From: a virus
Length of the DNA: 64,000 nt
Virus record (IMG/VR): IMGVR_UViG_3300046787_000438
Location: 88,412 to 152,411 of that record
Strand: one strand, 5' to 3'
The translations under genes and the position numbers were made by a program. Shown here piece after piece: positions 46,130 to 56,500 of this stretch; within the stretch, counting starts at the first letter, position 1; each line of letters starts with the position of its first letter. The notes beneath the pieces were generated by a model. The model was not told the origin of the DNA, did no database searches, and saw only the letters and a program-made list of their open reading frames with translations.

Positions 46130-46585
46130 ATGGACAGCAAATACATGGACCTAGCTCAAAAACTGGCTGGCGTTCTATCCGACACGGTGAGCGCAAAGTT
46201 TATCTTGCATGGCTACCACTGGAACGTTCTCGGTCCAGACTTCGGCGAGTATCACGAATTCTTCGGGACACTATATTCTGACGTAGATGGGTCTATCGAT
46301 CCACTGGCCGAGAATATCCTAAAGCTTGGCTACCCAGCGCCCTACCTACTGGCTGATTTCCTGGAGATGTCTTCTATCAATGAAGAGCGTCTAGACGGTA
46401 CTTCATCTCAGTTCTTGCTCCAGTCAGCTCTTCGCATTATGGAGAGTTTGGAGAACAGCCACACTGAGGCGTTCCACATTGCAGAAGCACATGACAAGCA
46501 GGGATTGATGGACTTCCTTGCTGGTAGAATTGACATGTATGCCAGGTGGGTTTGGCAGATCAAGGCCTTCCTAGGAGTTCGCTAA
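46130..46585 (+). CDS. dps: Dps / ferritin-like protein
   Basis: HGYHWNVLGPDF.EYHEFF..LY...D.LAE.I..LG. Confidence 0.88.
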   Translation: MDSKYMDLAQKLAGVLSDTVSAKFILHGYHWNVLGPDFGEYHEFFGTLYSDVDGSIDPLAENILKLGYPAPYLLADFLEMSSINEERLDGTSSQFLLQSALRIMESLENSHTEAFHIAEAHDKQGLMDFLAGRIDMYARWVWQIKAFLGVR

Positions 46586-46588
46586 ACC

Positions 46589-47200
46589 ATGTCATATGTC
46601 GAGCAGGTATTACAGGCGTCTGGGGGTTCAGCTGCGCCTGCCGAAAATCTAGACCTATCTAAGGTTAAAAAGAAGAAGCTGACTCTGTCGGCAAAGACTG
46701 AATCCGCTATCTCGAAAAAAGCATCTGAATGCGGAATTGCTGAAGACACTCTTCGTGCCGTGTACCGCCGTGCCGCTAACGTCTACTCTGCCTCAGCGGC
46801 GGATAGAATGAAGCTACACGACTGGGCAATGCTACGCGTAGATGCATTCTCTGTACTAGTAGAGAAGGGGGAGCCTAAGGTCTCTTCCTACACCGCAGAT
46901 AATGACCTACTGCCAGCGGGGCATGCACTCGCTGCATCTGCATTTGATGTTGACTACGTATCTAGTCAGTTAGAAGTTGAATTGAACGAGTACGAAACTT
47001 ACAGCTCTAAGGATCACGCTATCCACGCACTAGCAGAGTACTCAGGGCTAGGATATGAAATCATCCCTAATATCACTGCGGTATGGCTTCGCGCTGACGC
47101 ATCTGGTGATGACCCATACTTGAGATCAATGGCCTTCGTAAGCCGTCTATATGACAGTGCTGACAGTGACCTACTACCTAGAAGGGCTGAAAATGTATAA
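46589..47200 (+). CDS. head-region hypothetical protein
   Basis: LRAVYRR...WA..RV.AF...DNDLLP.GH. Confidence 0.75.
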   Translation: MSYVEQVLQASGGSAAPAENLDLSKVKKKKLTLSAKTESAISKKASECGIAEDTLRAVYRRAANVYSASAADRMKLHDWAMLRVDAFSVLVEKGEPKVSSYTADNDLLPAGHALAASAFDVDYVSSQLEVELNEYETYSSKDHAIHALAEYSGLGYEIIPNITAVWLRADASGDDPYLRSMAFVSRLYDSADSDLLPRRAENV

Positions 47201-47699
47201 GCAGACCTGGAATGATTTTGTCACTGCCGAGGACGTAGTCTCTATTGTAGATTCTTACAATGCAGAATCATCCAACATTAGAGCTGTAGATGGTGATACA
47301 GCACTAAAGGTCGTCGAGCTAGCCTCTGACTACTACAACTACTTAGATTCAGCTGACCGAGCTGCTGCAATTAAGTATGACCTGCACAGCTTTGTAGAAT
47401 TTGCAACTACTGGATTTACTTCTGATGGCGACCTAGAATTTATCGATCGCTACGAAACACTTCTAGCCTCGGGGCACCCTTACGTTGCCACCGATGCAAC
47501 TGCCACGGCTAACTGGCTAGCTGGCGCTCCAGAACTAGATGAAGTGTCTCGTACTGCAGTGATTGCATCGGTCGCTCCAGGAGCTAGCGATATGCAGAAG
47601 CTCCACGCATACACACGTTTGACTGTTCTAGCAAGCAATAACCAACTATCTCCAGAGACTATGACTCTATTGGAGCAAGTTCTAGCCAAGCAGTCCTAA
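47193..47699 (+). CDS. hypothetical protein
   Basis: overlapping start with GAAGGG SD. Confidence 0.7.
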   Translation: MYKQTWNDFVTAEDVVSIVDSYNAESSNIRAVDGDTALKVVELASDYYNYLDSADRAAAIKYDLHSFVEFATTGFTSDGDLEFIDRYETLLASGHPYVATDATATANWLAGAPELDEVSRTAVIASVAPGASDMQKLHAYTRLTVLASNNQLSPETMTLLEQVLAKQS

Positions 47700-47762
47700 C
47701 TAACAACTTCCGCTAGCGGGTAGAATTGTATGTAGTTTCTACCTTTATAACAAGGACAGTAC

Positions 47763-50525
47763 ATGCTTGAATTGACCCCACTGATTGCCGATGGTAACTC
47801 TGACGCAGCCCGCCGTGCACGCGTAAAGCTTCAGCCTCGTGACAAGAAGGGCCGCTGGATTCCAACTGGTGCTAGCCTATTCGCGTCTATCAGGGACGCT
47901 GCTGGCAAGGTTTTCCGTATTAATGGAAAAGCTATTGGTGGAACTGCCACTAAGAAGGGCGAGCGCAACGACATCCGCATGCTCGTTGGTAAGGGATACG
48001 AGAGCCTAGGCATCTCACCTAACACAGTTCTTACTGTTAACCCTAAGAATGGTGAGCTTGAGTCTAAGATCAAGCTAAACAGAGACTTTTTGAAGAAAAA
48101 GGGTATCGACCCTGACCTTCAGCACACACTGCCTAAGGCTCTAGACAAGCAGCCTCAGACCCTAGCCGAGATGAAGCCAGAGAAGGCTGACAAACTAGAT
48201 ATCGATCTAGCTTCAGCTGGCCTGACCGCAGATGAAGACAAGACTTTCCGCGCAGAGCGCGACCAGGAGCCACTAGCTAAGCTCCCGCCAGCTATGGAAG
48301 ATCAGGCAGTTACTGGCGAGGATGTGAATGCCTTAGTTGATGATGTACCTGACTTCAAGTCTGGTGACTCAGCTGACTCTGCAATTGCAGATGCCTTGGC
48401 CGATGCATTTTATGGTGGCGACGTACCAGAGCTTGACCAGCTTGTAGATAAGGCCGCGACTCCAGCACCGAAAGCCGAAGCTGTAAAACTTTCAGACCTA
48501 CAAAAGGGCGACATCGTCGCTGGTCCAACTGGTCCGCTAAAGTTCGATCGCGCAGAGAAGCGCATCAACGGGAACTGGGATATTTATGTAGACGATGGTA
48601 GCGGTCGTGGCCCTATCAACATGGTCGCAAAGAGCCACCCGAGCGGTCTATCTGACTCGGATTTCCAGGGCGCTACCATGAAGAGACTTAAGAAGGCAGA
48701 TGCTACTGCAGCACCAGCTACGAAAGCTACTCCTGCAGCACCAGCAAAGCCTTCAGCAACTAAGCCAGCAAAGCCTGCTGCCAAGCCAGCTAAATCACCA
48801 AGCAAGTCTCCAGCACCTAAGAAGGCTGCTGTCCCTGCTGTTGCAACTAAGGTAGACGCAAGTCGCAAGGATGACGGCAAAGACATCGTACCGTCAATCG
48901 TTCCTCAGGAGCAGATGCGCAACATTAAAGTTGCCCAGCTTATGGACGAGAATGGTAAGCCACTATGGACTCGCAACAACACTGGCAAGCGTGTTGCAGT
49001 TGAAGATCCGAATGCGCTATACAACGCCATCCTAGAGAATAACCCCCAGGCTAAGGTGAAAGACAACGGCGCGATTGTTCTAGAGCGCGGAAACTTCACC
49101 GACCACAATGGTGACGTATACAAGTATGAAGTCGCTCTAGCTAAGACTCACGGAAACAAGTACGTTGAGCAGTACTCATTTACCGACAGCAACGGCAAGA
49201 CTCAGAGCTTCCAGCACTACGACTATAAAGACTCTATCGCGGCAATCTACGGTGATAAGAATGGTGTTCGCACGTTCCGTGACCAGATGCTTGGAGTGTC
49301 AATTCCAGGAAAGCAGCCGCCGACTCGCGACACCCTTAACTACTTTGGTAAGGACAAGACTCTTGCTGACCGTATTAGGTACTTCCGCGGAAAGCGTGCC
49401 GAAGGATATACCCCTACACCAGCCGATCTAGCTGATAATAAGAAGCACATCAAGCTACTAACCCCTGAGGAAGTAGTTCAGAAATACCTAAATGGTAGAC
49501 CTGAAGTATTTAACGAATCTGGCGAGGCTGCTGGAACTAAGCTACAGAGTTTCGTTGGCGACGCATGGGAGGCCATCGCAAATGATGACTCTCAGACTTT
49601 CGAACAGATGATGGTTCAGCTTCTTGGAAGACTTCCAGACAACGAGGAGTCTCGCAACCTTCTAGTCAACACCCTGCGTGACGGGATCAAGCAAAAGTTT
49701 AATGGAACTACTAAGGGTCGTTCGCTAGCTACCTTAGCTAACAACATCGAGAAGAAGATTATGCAGGAAGGCTGGGATCTTCGAGACACTAACAAGCGTC
49801 CTTGGACCAGCCGCGACGGCAAGACTATCGTCATGCCAGGCAATAAGGTTCGTTATTGGAACTCTACTGGCGAGTGGTCTATCGGTGAGGTGTCGTCTGT
49901 TAACAAGCCAAAACAGGGCTACGATGACATGGCGACTATTACATTCGCCAACGGCAAGAAGGCAGTACTTAGAACTGACAAGCTAGATGTACTAGGCGCG
50001 GAATTAGACCCATGGTTGAATGAGCACGACCAAGATTCTACAGTCAGCGAATACAAGCCGAGCCCTAAGGGCAAGGAACTTCGCGAAGCCCGAGGATATC
50101 TAAACTTTGGTGACGAGCAGCTTCAGCAGGATGACAACTCTTCGACTCCAACTGGACAGCCAAGCACTACTAATCAAAATGCGACAGCTCCATACCTAGG
50201 AACTGCTGGACAGGATAATAGCTCTAACGCTACTCCTACTCCTGACGCCACTCCTGCCGCTCCCGCTGCACCTGCAGCTCCAGCTCCAGCTCCAGCTCCA
50301 GCTCCAGCTCCAGCTCCAGCTAATGCTCCAGATCCAATAGAGGATATGGAAGCTGGCGACTCCTGGCATAGTGAGGATGGCGACTATCTAGGGTCGTTTG
50401 TAGAAGCTCAGCTAGTCACCTCGGACGATGGGACTACCGAAGCCTGGGCAGTAATCTACATGGATGCTAACGGGGACGAGCAGTTAGAGATAGTTCCGAA
50501 GGGTGAAACCCGCGGCCCAAAATAG
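47763..50525 (+). CDS. large head-associated protein (N-part of predicted -1 frameshift fusion)
   Basis: QPRDKKGRW motif, SH3-like segments, PA linkers; ends GGC CCA AAA TAG. Confidence 0.8.
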   Translation: MLELTPLIADGNSDAARRARVKLQPRDKKGRWIPTGASLFASIRDAAGKVFRINGKAIGGTATKKGERNDIRMLVGKGYESLGISPNTVLTVNPKNGELESKIKLNRDFLKKKGIDPDLQHTLPKALDKQPQTLAEMKPEKADKLDIDLASAGLTADEDKTFRAERDQEPLAKLPPAMEDQAVTGEDVNALVDDVPDFKSGDSADSAIADALADAFYGGDVPELDQLVDKAATPAPKAEAVKLSDLQKGDIVAGPTGPLKFDRAEKRINGNWDIYVDDGSGRGPINMVAKSHPSGLSDSDFQGATMKRLKKADATAAPATKATPAAPAKPSATKPAKPAAKPAKSPSKSPAPKKAAVPAVATKVDASRKDDGKDIVPSIVPQEQMRNIKVAQLMDENGKPLWTRNNTGKRVAVEDPNALYNAILENNPQAKVKDNGAIVLERGNFTDHNGDVYKYEVALAKTHGNKYVEQYSFTDSNGKTQSFQHYDYKDSIAAIYGDKNGVRTFRDQMLGVSIPGKQPPTRDTLNYFGKDKTLADRIRYFRGKRAEGYTPTPADLADNKKHIKLLTPEEVVQKYLNGRPEVFNESGEAAGTKLQSFVGDAWEAIANDDSQTFEQMMVQLLGRLPDNEESRNLLVNTLRDGIKQKFNGTTKGRSLATLANNIEKKIMQEGWDLRDTNKRPWTSRDGKTIVMPGNKVRYWNSTGEWSIGEVSSVNKPKQGYDDMATITFANGKKAVLRTDKLDVLGAELDPWLNEHDQDSTVSEYKPSPKGKELREARGYLNFGDEQLQQDDNSSTPTGQPSTTNQNATAPYLGTAGQDNSSNATPTPDATPAAPAAPAAPAPAPAPAPAPAPANAPDPIEDMEAGDSWHSEDGDYLGSFVEAQLVTSDDGTTEAWAVIYMDANGDEQLEIVPKGETRGPK

Positions 50526-52654
50526 ATAGGGCTGTAGCTCCAGGAACACCTGCTGCAGCCCCGAAAGCCGCTAAAAGCTTACAGGGCGTAACATTCTCTA
50601 AGTCTCTATCTGGGATCAGAGAGTTGAAGACTGGCGCTACCCTAGGTAGACCTCGAACTACCCCTATTGACCCCAGCTTCCATGATTTGAAGAATATTGA
50701 AGCTCATATCTTCAGCACCCTTCCAGCTTCAGTAGATCTAGACGGTCTAGACGACAAGATCCAAGCCGTCCGTTCTGCTAGAACTGACATGTCTACAGAT
50801 ATCAACGTAGACCCAGCGAAGCAGTCGATCTACGAGGCAGCGCTTAAGGATCTTCTAGACTTCCACCACGATCAGTTCGATAAGGGCGAGAGCTACACCT
50901 TCCCGCTATCACTGATCAAGTCAGATCAGGCACTAAGCCCACGTGGCATTGCTAAGATTGCTGCTGCCTCTCATGGTAGAGACAGGTCTGGAAATGCTCC
51001 TAAGTCTGTAGACACTCTAGTTGACGAGTCTGTCAAAAACTTTAGAGACAAAACCCCTAGAATCAATGATGTCTTGTCAGCTCTCGGCAGCGAGTGGCAG
51101 GCACAGGGAGCTAAAGAGTATCACGATGAACTTACTAGTAAGTTCTCTAAAAAGTATTCTGACCTAGGTCTCCCTCGCGCAGAAGCTGATTTTAGGTCTA
51201 AGGTTAGAGCATCGAACATGCTCAACAATCAGGCAGGCAATCCAGCGCTTGCCCAGGTAAAAGTATCATCTAGCTCGGCCAACGCGGATATTTTCGTCTA
51301 CATGAACGATAACGGCGACGGCACATTAACGCCAAGCCTAAGTGGCGCTCAGGCTAAATACGTGAATGATGCAATCGCTAAGTCGCGTGCCTTCAGATTC
51401 AACAAGGACAAGACCACTGTACACGCGCTAGGCAATTCAACATATCTACCGCCAGCAGTTGCCAGCACTATCGGTGATAGCGATGCAGCATTTACCTACT
51501 TCGGGGGTGACGGGGTTTACCTATATCCAGACAGAGTTTCTGGCATTTTAGGAAAGCTCCCAGATGACCCTAAGTTCTACTCGACTGACATAAAGACCGA
51601 AGCAGACGCCTTCAACCACATCGTCGTCCATGAAACTGGGCACCTTCAGATGTACAAGCTATGGGGCGACGACAAGAATAGCGGTAGAGCTGCACTAGCT
51701 GCAGACATGGCTAAGCTCAATGTTTCTCAGGATGTTGGCACCTACTCGCGCAATAGTGCCTCAGAGAGTTTCGCGGAGCAATACGCTAAGTATCTACTAA
51801 CTGGAGATGCCTCTCAGCAGTTCCTAGATCTGCTCTCTTCTAAGGGCCTAACAAAAGCCCAGATAAACAAGAAGTGGCGAGACGCATACACTGCTAAGTC
51901 AGCTCAGCACGCAGCGTTCATAGATAACTTAGTTAAATTTGCCTCCGACTTCGGAGACGGAACTAATCCAAATGATCCTGAAAACACCATTGATTATGGA
52001 ACTAAAGATAGCCTTTATGGATCTAAATGGGCAAGTAAGGTTGCCAGACTAGTCGGATATCGTCAGAATCTGCCAGCAACTGTCTCGGCCATTGACCCTA
52101 GTACTCACCATGTTATTTATCGTGGAGTGGATGCTTTCGGCAATAAGACTGGCTGGGACCTGCACAATGACTTTAGAACTAAGTCAGAGCCATGGTATGG
52201 ATTCGGAATCTTCGGAGATGGTCAGTACTTCAGCACCATAGAGTCTACAGCAAGAAGCTTTGGCTCCGTAGTGGCAAAGATGGGCATAGATAAGAATGCT
52301 AATTTGGCATCCTACTATTACAACAGAGGCGGAAAACCCGTTATTGCTAAGAACGGATCTCAGTTCAACATAGAGGAATTCTATGCTGACCTATATAGCA
52401 ACATAATTCCAGACTATATCCGCAATGAAATAGACCCAGACATGTCTGACCAAGAAGTAGCCAGACTGGCTCGAAAGATGCTGAACTCTGCGGGCCTCGG
52501 AGGAGGAAGTGTGCTAGATCAAGATGACGCTGCAATCGTTGCTGGTTGGGCAGGGTTCGATGGACTAGAGGTCGTCAGAGGTGGCGAGTCATATTTCGTG
52601 GTTCTAAATAGAGGAATAATCCAAATGTTGCTACCTAAGGGATATACAAGTTAG
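50522..52654 (+). CDS. zincin metallopeptidase + ADP-ribosyltransferase-like extension (-1 frame of the upstream gene)
   Basis: VHETGH...SESFAE; IYRGV, FGDGQYFS, GFDG...E.YFVVLN; frame open from 50516. Confidence 0.7.
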   Translation: MDRAVAPGTPAAAPKAAKSLQGVTFSKSLSGIRELKTGATLGRPRTTPIDPSFHDLKNIEAHIFSTLPASVDLDGLDDKIQAVRSARTDMSTDINVDPAKQSIYEAALKDLLDFHHDQFDKGESYTFPLSLIKSDQALSPRGIAKIAAASHGRDRSGNAPKSVDTLVDESVKNFRDKTPRINDVLSALGSEWQAQGAKEYHDELTSKFSKKYSDLGLPRAEADFRSKVRASNMLNNQAGNPALAQVKVSSSSANADIFVYMNDNGDGTLTPSLSGAQAKYVNDAIAKSRAFRFNKDKTTVHALGNSTYLPPAVASTIGDSDAAFTYFGGDGVYLYPDRVSGILGKLPDDPKFYSTDIKTEADAFNHIVVHETGHLQMYKLWGDDKNSGRAALAADMAKLNVSQDVGTYSRNSASESFAEQYAKYLLTGDASQQFLDLLSSKGLTKAQINKKWRDAYTAKSAQHAAFIDNLVKFASDFGDGTNPNDPENTIDYGTKDSLYGSKWASKVARLVGYRQNLPATVSAIDPSTHHVIYRGVDAFGNKTGWDLHNDFRTKSEPWYGFGIFGDGQYFSTIESTARSFGSVVAKMGIDKNANLASYYYNRGGKPVIAKNGSQFNIEEFYADLYSNIIPDYIRNEIDPDMSDQEVARLARKMLNSAGLGGGSVLDQDDAAIVAGWAGFDGLEVVRGGESYFVVLNRGIIQMLLPKGYTS

Positions 52655-52663
52655 GATTTATGT

Positions 52664-53143
52664 ATGACTACTCTATCTAAGGATCAGCTAAAGCGATCAG
52701 CCAGATACTCTCAGAGGTTTGCTGAAGTTCTCTCGCAGGCTATTCCATCTGACTACTATAGCTCTGACGGCCAAACCTGGGATCCAAAGGCAGACTGGAA
52801 CGAGAGCCCAGAGTTCATCAAAACTTCGGATGAGTTCAAGTCTGCCCTGACGGTCGCTGTAAATGCTGCAGTAGATGAAGGGTCCGAAGAGCAGGACGTT
52901 CTCCCAGAACTAATGGACTTAGCAGTTAGAGTAGAGACGCGTAACAATGACTACCTGAAGCCTAAGCCAGAAGGTCGCCAGCACCGTACGAAAATCACTT
53001 ACTACAGTGAAGATTTTATAAATAAGCCAAAAGAAACGACAATAGACTTGTCCACTATGGAGGATTCAGAGCTAGAGCAGCTTGTCCTTCAAATTCCAGA
53101 AGCCGTTTCTGAACTCGTATACCGCGAATTATACGGGAAGTAG
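52664..53143 (+). CDS. hypothetical protein
   Basis: ORF directly after the effector-like gene. Confidence 0.7.
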   Translation: MTTLSKDQLKRSARYSQRFAEVLSQAIPSDYYSSDGQTWDPKADWNESPEFIKTSDEFKSALTVAVNAAVDEGSEEQDVLPELMDLAVRVETRNNDYLKPKPEGRQHRTKITYYSEDFINKPKETTIDLSTMEDSELEQLVLQIPEAVSELVYRELYGK

Positions 53144-53224
53144 AATCACAAGGCAAAAAACAATGCTAAAATATTGTTAGCCATCACTCAGTAAATCATT
53201 GCGCAAAGATTAGAAAGATAGGCC

Positions 53225-53599
53225 ATGGCAACTAGTAGCATTAGCGACGTATGGTTTTACGTCAACCCAGAAAACGAGCAGATTGATGCCGTTTTGTGCT
53301 ACTTTCCTCTTGGTATGTCCATTAGACAGGGCAAAGACTGGGAAATCACCACTAAAGAGGACTCTGGCATCTACGATGTCCTAACTAACCACAACGTATA
53401 TCAGCTCGACTGGGACTCAGACACTAAGGTCATCGACGATTCTTTCGACTTCGATAACTATGACGATGTTACCCACATTGCACTAAAGATGTATGACAAC
53501 GGGGAGCTAAACCTAGCTGAGCTTAAGAAGTACGCTGAGCTAATCTACACTGCATCTAGCGCCGAGGATATGCCTCAGGCGGAAGATGCCAAGGAGTAA
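53225..53599 (+). CDS. acidic hypothetical protein
   Basis: ORF in head operon. Confidence 0.7.
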   Translation: MATSSISDVWFYVNPENEQIDAVLCYFPLGMSIRQGKDWEITTKEDSGIYDVLTNHNVYQLDWDSDTKVIDDSFDFDNYDDVTHIALKMYDNGELNLAELKKYAELIYTASSAEDMPQAEDAKE

Positions 53600-56500
53600 A
53601 GTGCCAAAATTTCTAGGTATTGCTAATGACTTGGCAATTTTCACTAACAACGGTCTATATGCTGCTGTAAACACTTCCACAAATTTTGTAGAGGACTACA
53701 CCCAGTCTGAGCTATCTGCAATCGTTCAGTCGGAATTCCTTAAGACACTGCAGGTAGTTGTAGAAGATTCAGTGGTAGAGCTAGCCGAGGCAGCTCTGCT
53801 ATCTATCGAGTCAATTACTGCAGGAGGCGCACCTGCTAGCCGTCTCTATACTATTCCTGGTGGCGTTCAGGCAGAGGCTAAGAAGGCACTTAAGTGGCGT
53901 CACGAATCTAAGCGTGGCGGAACTCCAGTCGGCCTAAACACTGCTCGCACTCTTGCAAAGGGTGGCCAGATTGGCATCGAAAAGGTTCGCCACATCGCTA
54001 AGTATTTCCCTCGTCACGAAGTTGACAAAAAGGGCAAAGGCTGGGAGCCAGGCGAAGAGCACTTCCCATCTAACGGCCGCATCGCTTGGGCACTCTGGGG
54101 TGGCGACGCTGGACAGCGCTGGGCCTCTGCAATTGTAGAGCGTGAAAATAAGAAGGCTCTTACATCTGGCGGATACGCACTGCCAGGCTATGAAGAAGAT
54201 GCTGCAATCTACACCTCTGAAGATTCATATGGTGCAGACATCTCTGCCTTCAAGGAAGCTCACGAGCTTGACCCATACGAAGGTCCAGAATTTATGGTCA
54301 GAGTACGTTTAGACGACTCTGGCATTGACCGTTTATATAAAATTGACATTGACGGTCAGGTGTATCTGTGGGACGGCTCGGCATGGGACAACCTAGGTCA
54401 CGTTGATGGTGACGTTTACTCGTATGACCAGGCTTTAGACGATCCGTACGACACCTGTGAGAAGACTCACGTAATTATTGACCCTTCTTCAGCAGTAGTT
54501 ATTTCGGCATTCCTACAGGAGCGCCCGTTCCAGCCAGTTACCCTAGACGAGATCGATCCAGAAGAAGCTCAGCTAATGAGTGACGGGTTGGCTGACGAAG
54601 ATTTCACAATGATCGATAGAGTCATGACTGCTGCAGGAGAGCCAGTAGCTAAGCCTGCAACTGCCACTGACGGTAACTACACTCCTGAAGAGCGTGCGAA
54701 GAATACCCAGGCGCAGCCGCGCGATGCTGGTGGTCTCTTTGTTAAGGTAGGAAGCCGTACTGTAGTTGGTGGAGACGCTAGACGTGGTTCTGGCACGATC
54801 ACCGACATCGACACCACCACTGGTAAGGTTCGCGTAAGACTTGACTCTGGCAAGGTCATAAACGTAGATGCTGGGTTTACCCAGGCCGAGTCTAGTGTTG
54901 ACGCACCGACAATGGTCCCTGGCAGAGATTCACTGCCTCCAATTGATTTTGATTCAATCCTAGGCGAGCCTAGAACCCCTATTGATTCTCCTATAGCCCA
55001 TCTACCAGGCACTCTTCCTAAGTTGACTACTAAGGATATCCACTCTCTAATCAATGGCTTGCCTGCATACTACAAGAGCTCTAGAGACTACAAGCTACTT
55101 CCAGATAAGCCAAAAGGCATGAAGGCTTACGACAAGAAGTACATAAAAGAGCGTTACGGTATTAACGCAGCCGCTACCCCTGAAGATGGAGCTATAGCTT
55201 CGCCTGCAGAGTCAGACGTCACCCCAAAATACCTAGCACTTGTATCGCCTGACGACATGACTGCCGTTATGGATGTTGTCGCATTAGTGCCAGCTAGTTC
55301 AACTTCGACCGAGACAGTACTGTATGAGCGCAGAGAGGGTAAGTGGCAGCCAAACGGTCAGATTCTAAGTGACCTAAAGTCAGCGACACCGCCTCCAGTA
55401 ATCGAGCTCGACACTCAGGAAATTCTGAACGATGTGTTGAAGCAGGCCGATGATGCTTCTAAGCCAGTACAAGCTTCTGCATACCAGTTCTCGATTTTCT
55501 GGGAGCGAGTTGTAGAGCCACTACTAGCGGCTCGTAGAGAGAACTTTGGCTACAAAGACACGGATTCATCTCTGACTGAACACTCCGATGAGGACCCGTG
55601 CTGGGACGGGTATAAGCAGATCGGCTTTAAGGATAAAGACGGTAAGCATGTACCTAACTGCGTAAAGGCAACCTCTACAATTGCTGCAGCTGGCGGATTT
55701 GATCGTAACCGAGGCAATGCAGAGGCTCTTCGAGAGTACTGGACCCACGGTAAGGGTGCTGCCAAGATCCGCTGGGGAACTCCTGGTGACTGGACCCGCT
55801 GCGTTCGTAATCTTTCAAAGTACATGGGACCTCGTGCAAAGGGCTACTGCCAGCTTCGTCACAAGGAAGTTACTGGTGTATACACTGGAAGCCGAATGAA
55901 CCCAGGGCACAAGAACGGCTCTAAGAACTTCTCTTCTCTATATCAGAGCGAGCAGCAGTTCGCTGACACCATGATTGAGAAGGCCCGTCTATCGGCAATT
56001 GCAGCAGATGCTCGCGAGAAGATTAGCCTAATTGCTTCAGCTGACTCGGGCGTTGCTGGCTCTAAATTTTCGATCCCTATGCTAGTACCAGAGGGCGTCG
56101 AGTCTGGTGACGGACGTAAGTTCGCAGAAAACGCGATCTCTGTTCGTGAACTTCCAGTTCCGCTTCTATGGCAGATCAAGACTGGTGCTGGCCACGATGG
56201 TTCCGTTGTAGTTGGTCGAATCGACTACATCGAGCGTATCGAAGGCGGCATGGGAAATGCTTATGGTGTATTTGACAACGGTCCTTACGGCCGTGAAGCA
56301 GAGCGCCTAGTGCGTAACGGCTTCCTACGTGGAGTTTCGGTTGACCTAGACAAGTTCGAGGCCAAAGAAGATAAGCAGCCTAAGGAAGAGATGGCTGAAG
56401 ATGGTGGCCAAGAGATAGGTAAGGATAAACTTACCATAAACAAGGCCCGCATTATGGCTGCTACAATTGTAGCTAAGCCAGCATTTCAAGAATGCTCTAT

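Noticed and set aside
50270-50330. (GCTCCA)n tandem repeat
   Set aside because: It encodes an ordinary Pro-Ala linker in frame; unit length 6 gives no phase variation.
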